Source of the DNA: Fibrobacteria bacterium
GTDB lineage: Bacteria; Fibrobacterota; Fibrobacteria; UBA11236
DNA: 64,000 bases
Assembly (NCBI GenBank): GCA_043745805.1
Contig: JAYTSD010000004.1
Span: forward strand, 1-64,000
Reading direction: 5' to 3'
Part shown: positions 1-8,401 of the stretch, piece after piece
Position numbering within the stretch: position 1 is the stretch's first letter
Layout: the number at the start of each line of letters is the position of its first letter
Notes under the pieces: model-generated
The model's input: only the letters and a program-made list of their open reading frames with translations
What the model was told of the DNA's origin: nothing
Database searches by the model: none
Translations under genes and position numbers: made by a program

Positions 1-800
1 CGTTTCTCTTCTTGGGCTCTTGCCAAAGCTTCTGCTTTGCTTTCTGCTGCATGTTTTGCTTCTAAACGTGCTAAACTGTCTGCCATCATTTTCGCTTGAC
101 GTGCTTCTTCAGCTTTAATGCGTTTCGCCTCCGTAACTTGTGCGATACTGTCTGCTTTTGCTTTCGCTTTACGATCCGATTCCTCTTTCACTAATTTTAT
201 CGCTTCGGCCTTCGCTTTCGCGTCCGCCTCCAATTTCAAACGTTTCTCTTCTTGGGCTCTTGCCAAAGCTTCTGCTTTGATTTCCGCTGCATGTTTTGCT
301 TCTAAGCGTGCTAAACTGTCTGCCATCATTTTCGCTTGACGTGCTTCTTCAGCCTTGATACGCTTTGCTTCCATTGCTGTCGCAATACTATCCGCTTTTA
401 CTTTCGCTTTACGATCCGATTCCTCTTTCACTAATTTTGCTGCTTCTACTTTTGCTAAGGCTTTTTGATCCGCTTCATCCTTCGCTAATTTTACGGCATC
501 AGCTTTTGCTTTCGCATCTGCTTCCAATTTCAAACGCTTCTCTTCTTGTGCGCGCGCCAATGATTCCGCTTTGCTTTCCGCTGCATGTTTACCTTCTAAA
601 CGAGCCAAGCTGTCGGCCATCATTTTCGCTTGACGTGCTTCTTCAGCCTTGATACGCTTTGCTTCCATTGCTGTCGCAGTACTATCCGCTTTTACTTTCG
701 CTTTACGATCCGATTCCTCTTTCGCTAACTTTGTCGCTTCAGCTTTAACAATGGCTTTTTGATCCGCTTCATCCTTCGCTAATTTCGCTGCATCGGCTTT
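1..800 (-). repeat. Coding tandem repeats of 240 bp and 294 bp (80 and 98 aa)
   Basis: cgtttctcttcttgggctcttgccaaagct occurs at 1 and 241. The block starting tctaa..gccatcattttcgcttgacgtgcttcttcagc starts at 61, 301 and 595. Confidence 0.9.
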
Positions 801-2114
801 TATTTTGCGTTCCGCTTCTTGTTTTAATTTTTTCTCTTCCGAAGCAAGGGCAATACTATCCGCTTTATCTTTAGCGCGTCTTTCGGCATCTAATTTCGCG
901 ATGCGCTCATTTTCCTGCTTGGCTTTTGCCTCTGCTTCAATCTTCTGTTTTTTTTCAGCTTCGACTCTTTCTTTAGCTAATTTTTGCGCAGCAGCCTTTC
1001 CTAGTCGTTCTTCTTCCGCTCTAGCAAAAGCGTCGGCCTTATCTTTAACTTTTCGTTCGGCTTCAATTTGAGCCACGCTATCCGCCACATGCTTTTCTTG
1101 TTTAGCTGTTAATTCCTGAGCACTACGAGCAGCCTCTTCACGAGCTTTTTTATCAGCTTCCTTTTTCGTTACACGATCAGTTTCTTCCTTGGTTTTTAAT
1201 TGATCGGCAGTCTGTGCCGCAAGTTCGCGTTCTTTCTTGGCCTTAGCTGCCGCTGCTTGTGCTTCAATTACCTTTGAATTATCGGCTTTAACTTCTGGCT
1301 TAGTTTCTACTTGCACCACTTTCTTTTCTTCGACGGCAACAGGCTTAGCTGGCTCACTTCCCAAGGCGGCCGAGGTTTTTTCATATTTCGCTCTTAACTG
1401 CGCATTGTCAGTATATAATTCAGCTTTTTTATAGGACTCTTTAGCAGCAGGAATATCAAAATGTGACTGGGTTGCTGCAAGCTCGGCCCATGCTTCACTA
1501 GACTCGGGACGCATATTCAAATAGTCTTGAAAAACACCCGCCCCTTTTTGGAATTCATTAGTAGCAGCATAAGCTTTAGCCAAATTCAAATTATAAGTTG
1601 GATCTGCATTCGGTGTTTTGCGCAAGTCTTCTAATAATGAAATATAATCCGCTACATGCTTGCGAGCTCCCACCGCTTCTAGAATGGTGAGGTATTTAAT
1701 TCCGGTTACTAAATCAGATTTATTTAACTCAAATAAATCTTTGAGCACAGATCTTTGTGCTTCTTTATTGCCAGTTATTTCTAATGCATTAGAGAGACCG
1801 ATCAATACCGTATAATCCTTAGGCTTGAGGGTATTAGCCTTCGAATAAGGCGCTACGGCTTTCGCTAATTGTCCCAGCTCTGCATAATCGTTACCTAAGG
1901 CAATATAGGCTTCGGTATAATCGGGTTTTAATTTTGTGGCTTGCTCAAGTGACTTGATGCTTTCTTCTACAGAACCATCCTGATACTGGTCGTTAGCCTG
2001 CTTAAACCAATCCTCTGCACTTTGTGGGGCACTGCTCGCAAAGGAGAATATTCCCAAAAGGCAAATAGCAAATATGACTAATGATTGTTGCTTACGAAAA
2101 AAATGTCCCATCAT
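1..2114 (-). CDS. Secreted TPR protein with a long Ala/Lys/Glu-rich (TolA-like) repeat stalk; 3' end lies beyond the window
   Basis: Absent from the ORF track because it has no stop in the window. Translated by hand from ATG 2114, with a GGAG RBS just upstream: MMGHFFRKQQSLVIFAICLLGIFSFASSAPQSAEDWFKQANDQYQDGSVEESIKSLEQATKLKPDYTEAYIALGNDYAELGQLAKA (signal peptide plus TPR motifs), then EAK-rich repeats down to base 1 in the same frame. Confidence 0.85.
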   Translation of the reverse strand, partial: MMGHFFRKQQSLVIFAICLLGIFSFASSAPQSAEDWFKQANDQYQDGSVEESIKSLEQATKLKPDYTEAYIALGNDYAELGQLAKAVAPYSKANTLKPKDYTVLIGLSNALEITGNKEAQRSVLKDLFELNKSDLVTGIKYLTILEAVGARKHVADYISLLEDLRKTPNADPTYNLNLAKAYAATNEFQKGAGVFQDYLNMRPESSEAWAELAATQSHFDIPAAKESYKKAELYTDNAQLRAKYEKTSAALGSEPAKPVAVEEKKVVQVETKPEVKADNSKVIEAQAAAAKAKKERELAAQTADQLKTKEETDRVTKKEADKKAREEAARSAQELTAKQEKHVADSVAQIEAERKVKDKADAFARAEEERLGKAAAQKLAKERVEAEKKQKIEAEAKAKQENERIAKLDAERRAKDKADSIALASEEKKLKQEAERKIKADAAKLAKDEADQKAIVKAEATKLAKEESDRKAKVKADSTATAMEAKRIKAEEARQAKMMADSLARLEGKHAAESKAESLARAQEEKRLKLEADAKAKADAVKLAKDEADQKALAKVEAAKLVKEESDRKAKVKADSIATAMEAKRIKAEEARQAKMMADSLARLEAKHAAEIKAEALARAQEEKRLKLEADAKAKAEAIKLVKEESDRKAKAKADSIAQVTEAKRIKAEEARQAKMMADSLARLEAKHAAESKAEALARAQEEK

Positions 2115-2251
2115 TTCTCCAAAAATAAAGGCTAGGGCTTTTGACTTAATGGGATCATTGTGTTCCCCAATAAATCCATATTAAAGGTTGTGGATAAACC
2201 CTTAAAAATCCATGATTTAGGGCTAAATAGTAATAAATTTGTGAGTTGGCG

Positions 2252-3208
2252 CTAACTGATATCCCAGGGGAAACTTAATACCATTTTGAGGTCATTTTGC
2301 CCTCCCCCGAGCATACATAAGCGATCCACTCCTAAGGCTACTCCCGCGCATTCTGGAAGCCCAAGTTGAAGTGCTTCCAAGAAATTTTCATCGAGAGGCA
2401 GAATCGGCTTTTTGAGAATTTTGCGTTTTATATTTTCCTCCTGAAAACGTCTTCGATATTCTCGCGCGTCGGCTAATTCGCCATATCCATTACAAAGTTC
2501 CACACCTTTATAGTAAACCTCAAAACGCTCCGCTACTTTATTATTGTGGAAACAAAGTTTAGCTAAGCAAGCTTGTTCAGCCGGATATTCATAAACAAAA
2601 CATAAAGCATCGTGCGGTAAGGCCTCCTCAATTTTGTGTGTTAACAAAAAATTTAAAACATCGGTTTTATCTAAAGATAATTCCGCAGGAATATTTAATC
2701 CGCTTTTAACTGCGACATGCAAAAGCTCTTCTTTGCCAAGCTCCAAAGGATCCACCTGTAAATATTCTAAAAAAATTTCTTGATAGGTTTTTTTAAGTAT
2801 CTCTTTTTTCCCCAAAGCCAAAAAACAAATGGCGGCCACTTCGTCCATTAAAGCATCAATTGAGTAACCTCGACGATACCATTCTAAAAGGGTAAATTCC
2901 GGATTATGACGCTGCCCCTTTTCCCCATTACGAAACACTTTGCTCATTTGATAAATGTCGGGAAACCCTTGGCAGAGTAGGCGTTTCATGTGATATTCGG
3001 GTGAGGTTTGTAAATAAAATTTTTGTTCACCGGCATTCGCCGAGTAACCATTGGAAAAATAATTTGCGGAGAATACATCTATATGGGCATCTAACGAAAT
3101 GCCTGCGGATAATATCGGCGTTTCTATTTCGAGTACACCTTGTTGCAAAAAATAATTACGGATTTTTTGTAAAAGTCCAGCGCGATATTGCGCCAGACTC
3201 AAGGACAA
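2252..3208 (-). CDS. epmA: EF-P lysine aminoacylase (EpmA/GenX)
   Basis: LysRS-like catalytic domain with no anticodon domain; YLQTSPEYHMKRLL, HNPEFTLLEWYR, GVALGVDRL; adjacent to efp. Start uncertain. Confidence 0.95.
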   Translation of the reverse strand: MSLSLAQYRAGLLQKIRNYFLQQGVLEIETPILSAGISLDAHIDVFSANYFSNGYSANAGEQKFYLQTSPEYHMKRLLCQGFPDIYQMSKVFRNGEKGQRHNPEFTLLEWYRRGYSIDALMDEVAAICFLALGKKEILKKTYQEIFLEYLQVDPLELGKEELLHVAVKSGLNIPAELSLDKTDVLNFLLTHKIEEALPHDALCFVYEYPAEQACLAKLCFHNNKVAERFEVYYKGVELCNGYGELADAREYRRRFQEENIKRKILKKPILPLDENFLEALQLGLPECAGVALGVDRLCMLGGGQNDLKMVLSFPWDIS

Positions 3209-3264
3209 TGAATTAGAGGATGTAATAATAAGACCTCTAAATGGAAAAGGTTTACTTTAAAAAA

Positions 3265-3831
3265 CTATTTGGCGCGTTCCACATATTCGCCTGTTCGCGT
3301 ATCGACTTTCACCTTCATCCCTTGATCAAGAAAAAGTGGAATATTAATTTCGGCACCAGTTTCTACAGTTGCCTTTTTCGTAACACTATTAGCGGTATCA
3401 CCTTTAACCGCAGGCTCAGTATAGGTTATTGTCAGCACCATAAAAATTGGCGGGGTTACCGACAATGGACGCTCTACCCAAAAGGAAATTTCACATTCAG
3501 TATTTTCCAGCAACCATTTTTCAGCGCCATCCATGGACTCTTTAGAAATCTCCACTTGTTCATAGGTTTTGGTATCCATGAAAGTCCAGTTTTGACCATC
3601 GGTATAGAGATATTGCATAGTTTTATGCGAAATATCGGCCTCTTCAAAGGTTTCGCCCGATTTGAAAGTTCTTTCCAATTGGCGACCATTGAGCAAATTT
3701 TTCAATTTTACACGATTAAAGGCTTGGCCCTTACCTGGCTTCACAAATTCATTTTCAGTGATCATGCAAGGCTGACCATCCAGCATAATTCTCGCTCTTT
3801 TTTTAAACTCATTCGTGCTAATTACGCCCAT
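3265..3831 (-). CDS. efp: Elongation factor P
   Basis: FVKPGKGQAF, TEPAVKGDTA, KVDTRTGEYVER. Start moved to ATG 3831, which has GGAGG upstream. Confidence 0.97.
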   Translation of the reverse strand: MGVISTNEFKKRARIMLDGQPCMITENEFVKPGKGQAFNRVKLKNLLNGRQLERTFKSGETFEEADISHKTMQYLYTDGQNWTFMDTKTYEQVEISKESMDGAEKWLLENTECEISFWVERPLSVTPPIFMVLTITYTEPAVKGDTANSVTKKATVETGAEINIPLFLDQGMKVKVDTRTGEYVERAK

Positions 3832-3896
3832 TATGGCCTCCCATGTTGCGAATTCATTCGGCTTTCTAAATTGTGGCCACAAAGGATAGAAATTTC

Positions 3897-4907
3897 ATGA
3901 CCATTCTTCCAAAAAATTCGACAATCCCCACACACTTGTGGCAAAAAGATCTGCAATCTGCTTTCCGAAAGGCTGAAGATCTGCTTGATTTTCTTCAGCT
4001 TAAAGCTATTGATTGCCCTTATTCATTGGCTTTAGAGCATCCTTTTCCTTTTTTAGTGACTCCTTATTTTGCTTCACAAATGCGAGCCGATTGGTTCGAT
4101 CCCTTATTACTACAAGTATTGCCACGTAGCCCCGAAACCCATATAGTAGAAGGTTTCTTAGCCGATGCAGTAGGCGATTTAGCTGCGCAAAAAGCTCCCG
4201 GACTTTTGCATAAATATGCCAGTCGAGTATTACTTTTATCCAGTGTACAATGTGCGATTCATTGTCGTTATTGCTTTCGCCGCGAATTTCCTTATGGCGA
4301 ATTACCTAAAACTAAAATTTCTTGGGAAGCGGCCTTTGACTACATAGAAGCCCATCCACAGGTCAATGAAGTCATACTAAGTGGAGGCGACCCTCTTTTT
4401 GCCGATAATCAGCGATTAGGTCAATTAATTGACCGCTTAAGGGAAAATAAACAAATCGAAACTCTACGCATTCACACGCGCTTGCCTATTGTATTACCTT
4501 CGCGTATCGACGAAGGATTATTACAACTCTTAGAAAAATTTACCGAACAAAAATCCTGTATAATGGTGGTGCATAGCAATCATGCCCAAGAACTCGGTAT
4601 CGAATGTGCTACAGCTTGCAAAAAGTTACGTCATGCAGGTGTTACCCTACTCAACCAAAGTGTTTTATTGCGTCACATTAATGATACGGTATCCGTTTTA
4701 AATAAATTATCCCAACGCTTATTACAAATAGGAGTCATGCCCTATTATTTGCATCAGTTAGATAAAGTAAATGGCACGGCGCATTTTGAAGTTCCGGTGG
4801 AAACCGGAAAAAAACTTATGGAAGAATTACGTTTACTTTCGCCAGGCTATGGCGTTCCACGCTATGTTCAAGAAATTCAAGGCGAAGGTTCTAAAACACC
4901 CCTCTAA
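3897..4907 (+). CDS. epmB: EF-P beta-lysylation radical SAM enzyme (KamA family, lysine 2,3-aminomutase)
   Basis: CAIHCRYCFRR radical SAM motif, ILSGGDPL, LLNQSVLL, PYYLHQLD; divergent from efp. Confidence 0.93.
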   Translation: MTILPKNSTIPTHLWQKDLQSAFRKAEDLLDFLQLKAIDCPYSLALEHPFPFLVTPYFASQMRADWFDPLLLQVLPRSPETHIVEGFLADAVGDLAAQKAPGLLHKYASRVLLLSSVQCAIHCRYCFRREFPYGELPKTKISWEAAFDYIEAHPQVNEVILSGGDPLFADNQRLGQLIDRLRENKQIETLRIHTRLPIVLPSRIDEGLLQLLEKFTEQKSCIMVVHSNHAQELGIECATACKKLRHAGVTLLNQSVLLRHINDTVSVLNKLSQRLLQIGVMPYYLHQLDKVNGTAHFEVPVETGKKLMEELRLLSPGYGVPRYVQEIQGEGSKTPL

Positions 4908-4959
4908 TTATTTAACTTCTATTTTTTGAGATTAAAAAAGCACTAAAAGGATTATAAGA

Positions 4960-7248
4960 ATGAAAAAAATATTTTCTAGCTTTGTCTGGATACTCGTGGC
5001 TTTGCTCGGAATGCTAGCATATGGCATCATAGCCTTTCGGCGCGGTGAACCCTTAAATGCAATTTGGTTAATTTGCGCTGCCGCATGCACCTATGCCATC
5101 GCTTATCGTTTTTACTCTAAATGGATAGCCACGCATTTACTCATGCTCAATGATAAAAGAGCCACACCTTGCCATGTGCATGAAGATGGTCGCGACTTTG
5201 TTAAAACTAATAAATGGATTGTATTCGGTCATCACTTCGCCGCTATTAGCGGTCCTGGGCCACTTGTAGGTCCTGTACTTGCAGCGCAATTCGGCTATTT
5301 GCCAAGTAGCTTATGGATACTTATCGGAGTAGTTTTAGGCGGAGCGGTGCAAGATTTTATGATCTTATTTTGCTCCATACGTCGTGATGGAAAATCATTA
5401 GGAGAAATGGTTAAAGAAGAAATTGGCACCGCCGCAGGCTCTATTGCATTACTCGCCATTTTAGCGATTATGGTTATCCTGATTGCTGTTTTAGGTTTGG
5501 TGGTCGTCAAAGCCTTGGCAGGCAGTCCTTGGGGAACATTTACTATCACTGCAACTATTCCTATTGCTTTAATGATGGGAATTTATTTGCGTTTTATACG
5601 TCCCGGTAAAGTATTGGAAGTTACGGTCATTGGAATAGCATTATTATTAATTTCTGTTTGGGCCGGCAAATGGGTTTATGAAAACCCAACTTTATCGGCG
5701 TTTTTTAATTTAGGCCCTAAAACCTTGGCATTTGCCATTATTGCTTATGGGCTAGCCGCCTCAGCCTTGCCGGTCTGGTTATTATTAGCCCCTCGTGATT
5801 ATTTAAGCACCTTTATGAAACTAGGAACCATTATTGCCTTGGCCTTAGGTATTATCATCGTTTTACCTTCCTTACACATGCCACCTCTCACTCGCTTTAT
5901 TGATGGCACCGGACCTATTTTCGCTGGTAAATTATTTCCCTTTTGCTTTATTACCATTGCCTGCGGTGCCATTAGTGGATTTCATTCCTTGATTGCTTCC
6001 GGTACTACGCCTAAACTTATTGCGCGCGAAAGTTATGCGCGATTTGTAGGTTACGGTAGCATGCTGATGGAATCTGGCGTTGCTATTATGGCTTTAATCG
6101 CTGCTTGCACTTTAGATCCAGGTATTTATTTTGCCATAAATTCTCCTGCCGCAGCCGTAGGCGCCACAGCCGATATGGCGGTACAAACCATATCCAATTG
6201 GGGATTTCCCATAACCTCGGAAAGCATGTCGGCATTAGCCAAAAGTATAGGTGAAAATACTTTATTTGGACGGGCCGGTGGAGCACCCACTTTAGCTTTG
6301 GGAATGGCTAATATTTTTTCTCAAGCTATGGGTAACTCCGCACTACTTAGTTTATGGTATCACTTTGCTATTATGTTTGAAGCCTTATTTATTTTAACTA
6401 CAGTAGATGCGGGTACACGGGTCGGACGATTTTTATTGCAAGCCTTTCTTGGGCAATTCCATAAAGGCTTGGGCAATACCAAAAGTTATGCAGCAAATAT
6501 TTTTGCAAGCGTTCTACTGGTTTCCGCTTGGGGATATTTTTTAGTGCAAGGCGTTTTAGATCCACAAGGTGGGATTAACAGTCTTTGGCCTTTATTTGGA
6601 ATTGCCAATCAATTATTAGCCGTAGTTGCCTTATGCTTGGCAAGTACGGTATTAATTAAAATGCATAAAGAAAAATATATCTGGGTTACCTTAATCCCTT
6701 TGCTAACTGTGGGATGTATCACCTTTACCGCTGCGCTAGAAAAAATCTTTCATGCTTCTCCAAAAATTGGATTTTTAGCTGGCGGTCGCGCTTTGCAAAA
6801 AGCCTTAGCCGAGGGGAAGATTCCTATAGATAAAATTTCCAGCACGCATAAAAGTATTTTTAATGCTTTTCTTGATGCAGGGGTAACGGCAGTGTTTCTC
6901 ATTTTAGTGACTACTATTTTATTACTTACTGCCTGGCGTTGGTTAAATATTTGGCAAGGGCGACAAGCGCGCGATTTACGCGAGAGCACTCCCGTTTGGT
7001 TAAAAGAAGAATTACAGGCCTTAAAAAAATCCCAAGGATTAATGGGTGGACTTGCCGCCTTTATGTGGATTGGTTTCGCTTTACTCAAGCATTTAGCAGG
7101 AGAAACATCTTTACCTCACCCATCCATAACAAAATTTGCAAAAGCGTCCAAGCACTCGCATAGCGAATTATCAGAAGCCGGATTATCTGAAGGGGCTGCT
7201 TGGGCCGCAAAAGAAGATTTACGTTTTCAAAAACCAAAGTGTTGTTGA
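4960..7248 (+). CDS. cstA: Carbon starvation protein CstA/BtsT family transporter with a C-terminal extension
   Basis: FGHHFAAISGPGPLVGPVLAAQFGY, LLAPRDYLSTF, IACGAISGFH, LWPLFGIANQLLA. Confidence 0.95.
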   Translation: MKKIFSSFVWILVALLGMLAYGIIAFRRGEPLNAIWLICAAACTYAIAYRFYSKWIATHLLMLNDKRATPCHVHEDGRDFVKTNKWIVFGHHFAAISGPGPLVGPVLAAQFGYLPSSLWILIGVVLGGAVQDFMILFCSIRRDGKSLGEMVKEEIGTAAGSIALLAILAIMVILIAVLGLVVVKALAGSPWGTFTITATIPIALMMGIYLRFIRPGKVLEVTVIGIALLLISVWAGKWVYENPTLSAFFNLGPKTLAFAIIAYGLAASALPVWLLLAPRDYLSTFMKLGTIIALALGIIIVLPSLHMPPLTRFIDGTGPIFAGKLFPFCFITIACGAISGFHSLIASGTTPKLIARESYARFVGYGSMLMESGVAIMALIAACTLDPGIYFAINSPAAAVGATADMAVQTISNWGFPITSESMSALAKSIGENTLFGRAGGAPTLALGMANIFSQAMGNSALLSLWYHFAIMFEALFILTTVDAGTRVGRFLLQAFLGQFHKGLGNTKSYAANIFASVLLVSAWGYFLVQGVLDPQGGINSLWPLFGIANQLLAVVALCLASTVLIKMHKEKYIWVTLIPLLTVGCITFTAALEKIFHASPKIGFLAGGRALQKALAEGKIPIDKISSTHKSIFNAFLDAGVTAVFLILVTTILLLTAWRWLNIWQGRQARDLRESTPVWLKEELQALKKSQGLMGGLAAFMWIGFALLKHLAGETSLPHPSITKFAKASKHSHSELSEAGLSEGAAWAAKEDLRFQKPKCC

Positions 7249-7249
7249 A

Positions 7250-8401
7250 TCACTCTCCCTCAAATGCAACGGGGCTTTCTATTACCCCAATGCGTTGAAA
7301 AGAATATTGCATATTAAGGCCTGCACCGCTATAAGTTATCCCAGCAAATTGAGCATTTAAATAATGCATCTGCATCAATACGGTATGGTTTTTTCCTAAT
7401 TTTAATTTCCACTTCAGTCCCAACTCTGCTTGCCAAGCCGACTCTCCACTGGTCGTAAAAAAATATTGTGGAACGGTATACATTTCCATTGCGGAGGTTT
7501 TGTAGGCCCTACGCATCCAATGCCCTTCCAAATAAACTTTTTGGTAATTATCTCCGAAAGGACCGTCTAATAAAGGTCGAGGAATGAAAGATTCGCGATT
7601 GGCATCACGCCATTTCAAAGCTATGCCTAAATCCCCTTCAAGCGCATAATTATTAAACAATTGCTTGCGGCCATAACGAGTTTGTAGCAAATACCCTTCT
7701 TGATGCGTACTATTTTTTACACGATCAGTTTCATTTAAAAAGTAAGTAAAACGAAAATCCGTACGATGCAAAATACGCTTATCTATTTCATGATTTAAGC
7801 GTGTGCTAAAAGTCCAAAAAGGTGCTGAAGAAAAGATTTTATTCGGATAAAGCTCCATAGAGCTAAAACGTGTAGCATTTAAACCTATTTGTATTTGCCA
7901 TTCGGGTAACTCATATTGTCCAAAAACACCCCCCGTTACGGTACCTGGCAATAAAATATCTTTTTCTGGAAAAGGATTATAGCCATTAAACAACTTATAG
8001 TAAGTTAGCGTGTCGACGATTTTAGCGGAATCTAAACGATAAGGAATATTACCGCCTATCGAAAAGTATAAATGCCGAGGTAACAATTCGAACATACCTC
8101 CTAATTTCAAATCGGCAGGCTGTTGCAAAGACTGTGACGCATTAGGCAGAACTGTTTCGCGCGTGCGTAAACCTGCATGTCCCCAAATATATTTGAAAGG
8201 TTGAAAAGAAATTCCTTCATATAAACTGGTTTGATAAGCGGCCCCATCAATAGCCTTTGGATCAATTAGCCGAAATCCACCCATGGAAACATGGGCTGTC
8301 CAAGGAATGCTTTTACTCGCATTCGGATCATTTTCATCTGCTCGAATCTGAACGCTAGTGGCCCAGACGATCAGGACTGCAAAGATAACAGCCGCTTTCA
8401 T
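7250..8401 (-). CDS. Hypothetical exported protein, probable outer-membrane beta-barrel
   Basis: Signal peptide and alternating aromatic/hydrophobic beta-strand pattern throughout. Confidence 0.6.
   Translation of the reverse strand: MKAAVIFAVLIVWATSVQIRADENDPNASKSIPWTAHVSMGGFRLIDPKAIDGAAYQTSLYEGISFQPFKYIWGHAGLRTRETVLPNASQSLQQPADLKLGGMFELLPRHLYFSIGGNIPYRLDSAKIVDTLTYYKLFNGYNPFPEKDILLPGTVTGGVFGQYELPEWQIQIGLNATRFSSMELYPNKIFSSAPFWTFSTRLNHEIDKRILHRTDFRFTYFLNETDRVKNSTHQEGYLLQTRYGRKQLFNNYALEGDLGIALKWRDANRESFIPRPLLDGPFGDNYQKVYLEGHWMRRAYKTSAMEMYTVPQYFFTTSGESAWQAELGLKWKLKLGKNHTVLMQMHYLNAQFAGITYSGAGLNMQYSFQRIGVIESPVAFEGE

Noticed and set aside
1..800. Repeats as a possible CRISPR array
   Set aside because: Units are 240-294 bp, in frame and coding, with no unique spacers and no cas genes.
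118..1434. Four plus-strand ORFs (73, 95, 88 and 65 aa)
   Set aside because: They are antisense shadows of the repetitive minus-strand TPR/stalk gene.
2189..2197. Perfect DnaA box (tgtggataa)
   Set aside because: A single copy is expected by chance in 64 kb; no box cluster or oriC-type genes nearby.
3241..3900. 219-aa plus-strand ORF
   Set aside because: Antisense to efp, with no recognisable motif.
7240..7248. TGT TGT TGA as possible selenocysteine readthrough
   Set aside because: The CC pair is already complete, I saw no SECIS-like hairpin, and the convergent gene ends 2 bp away.
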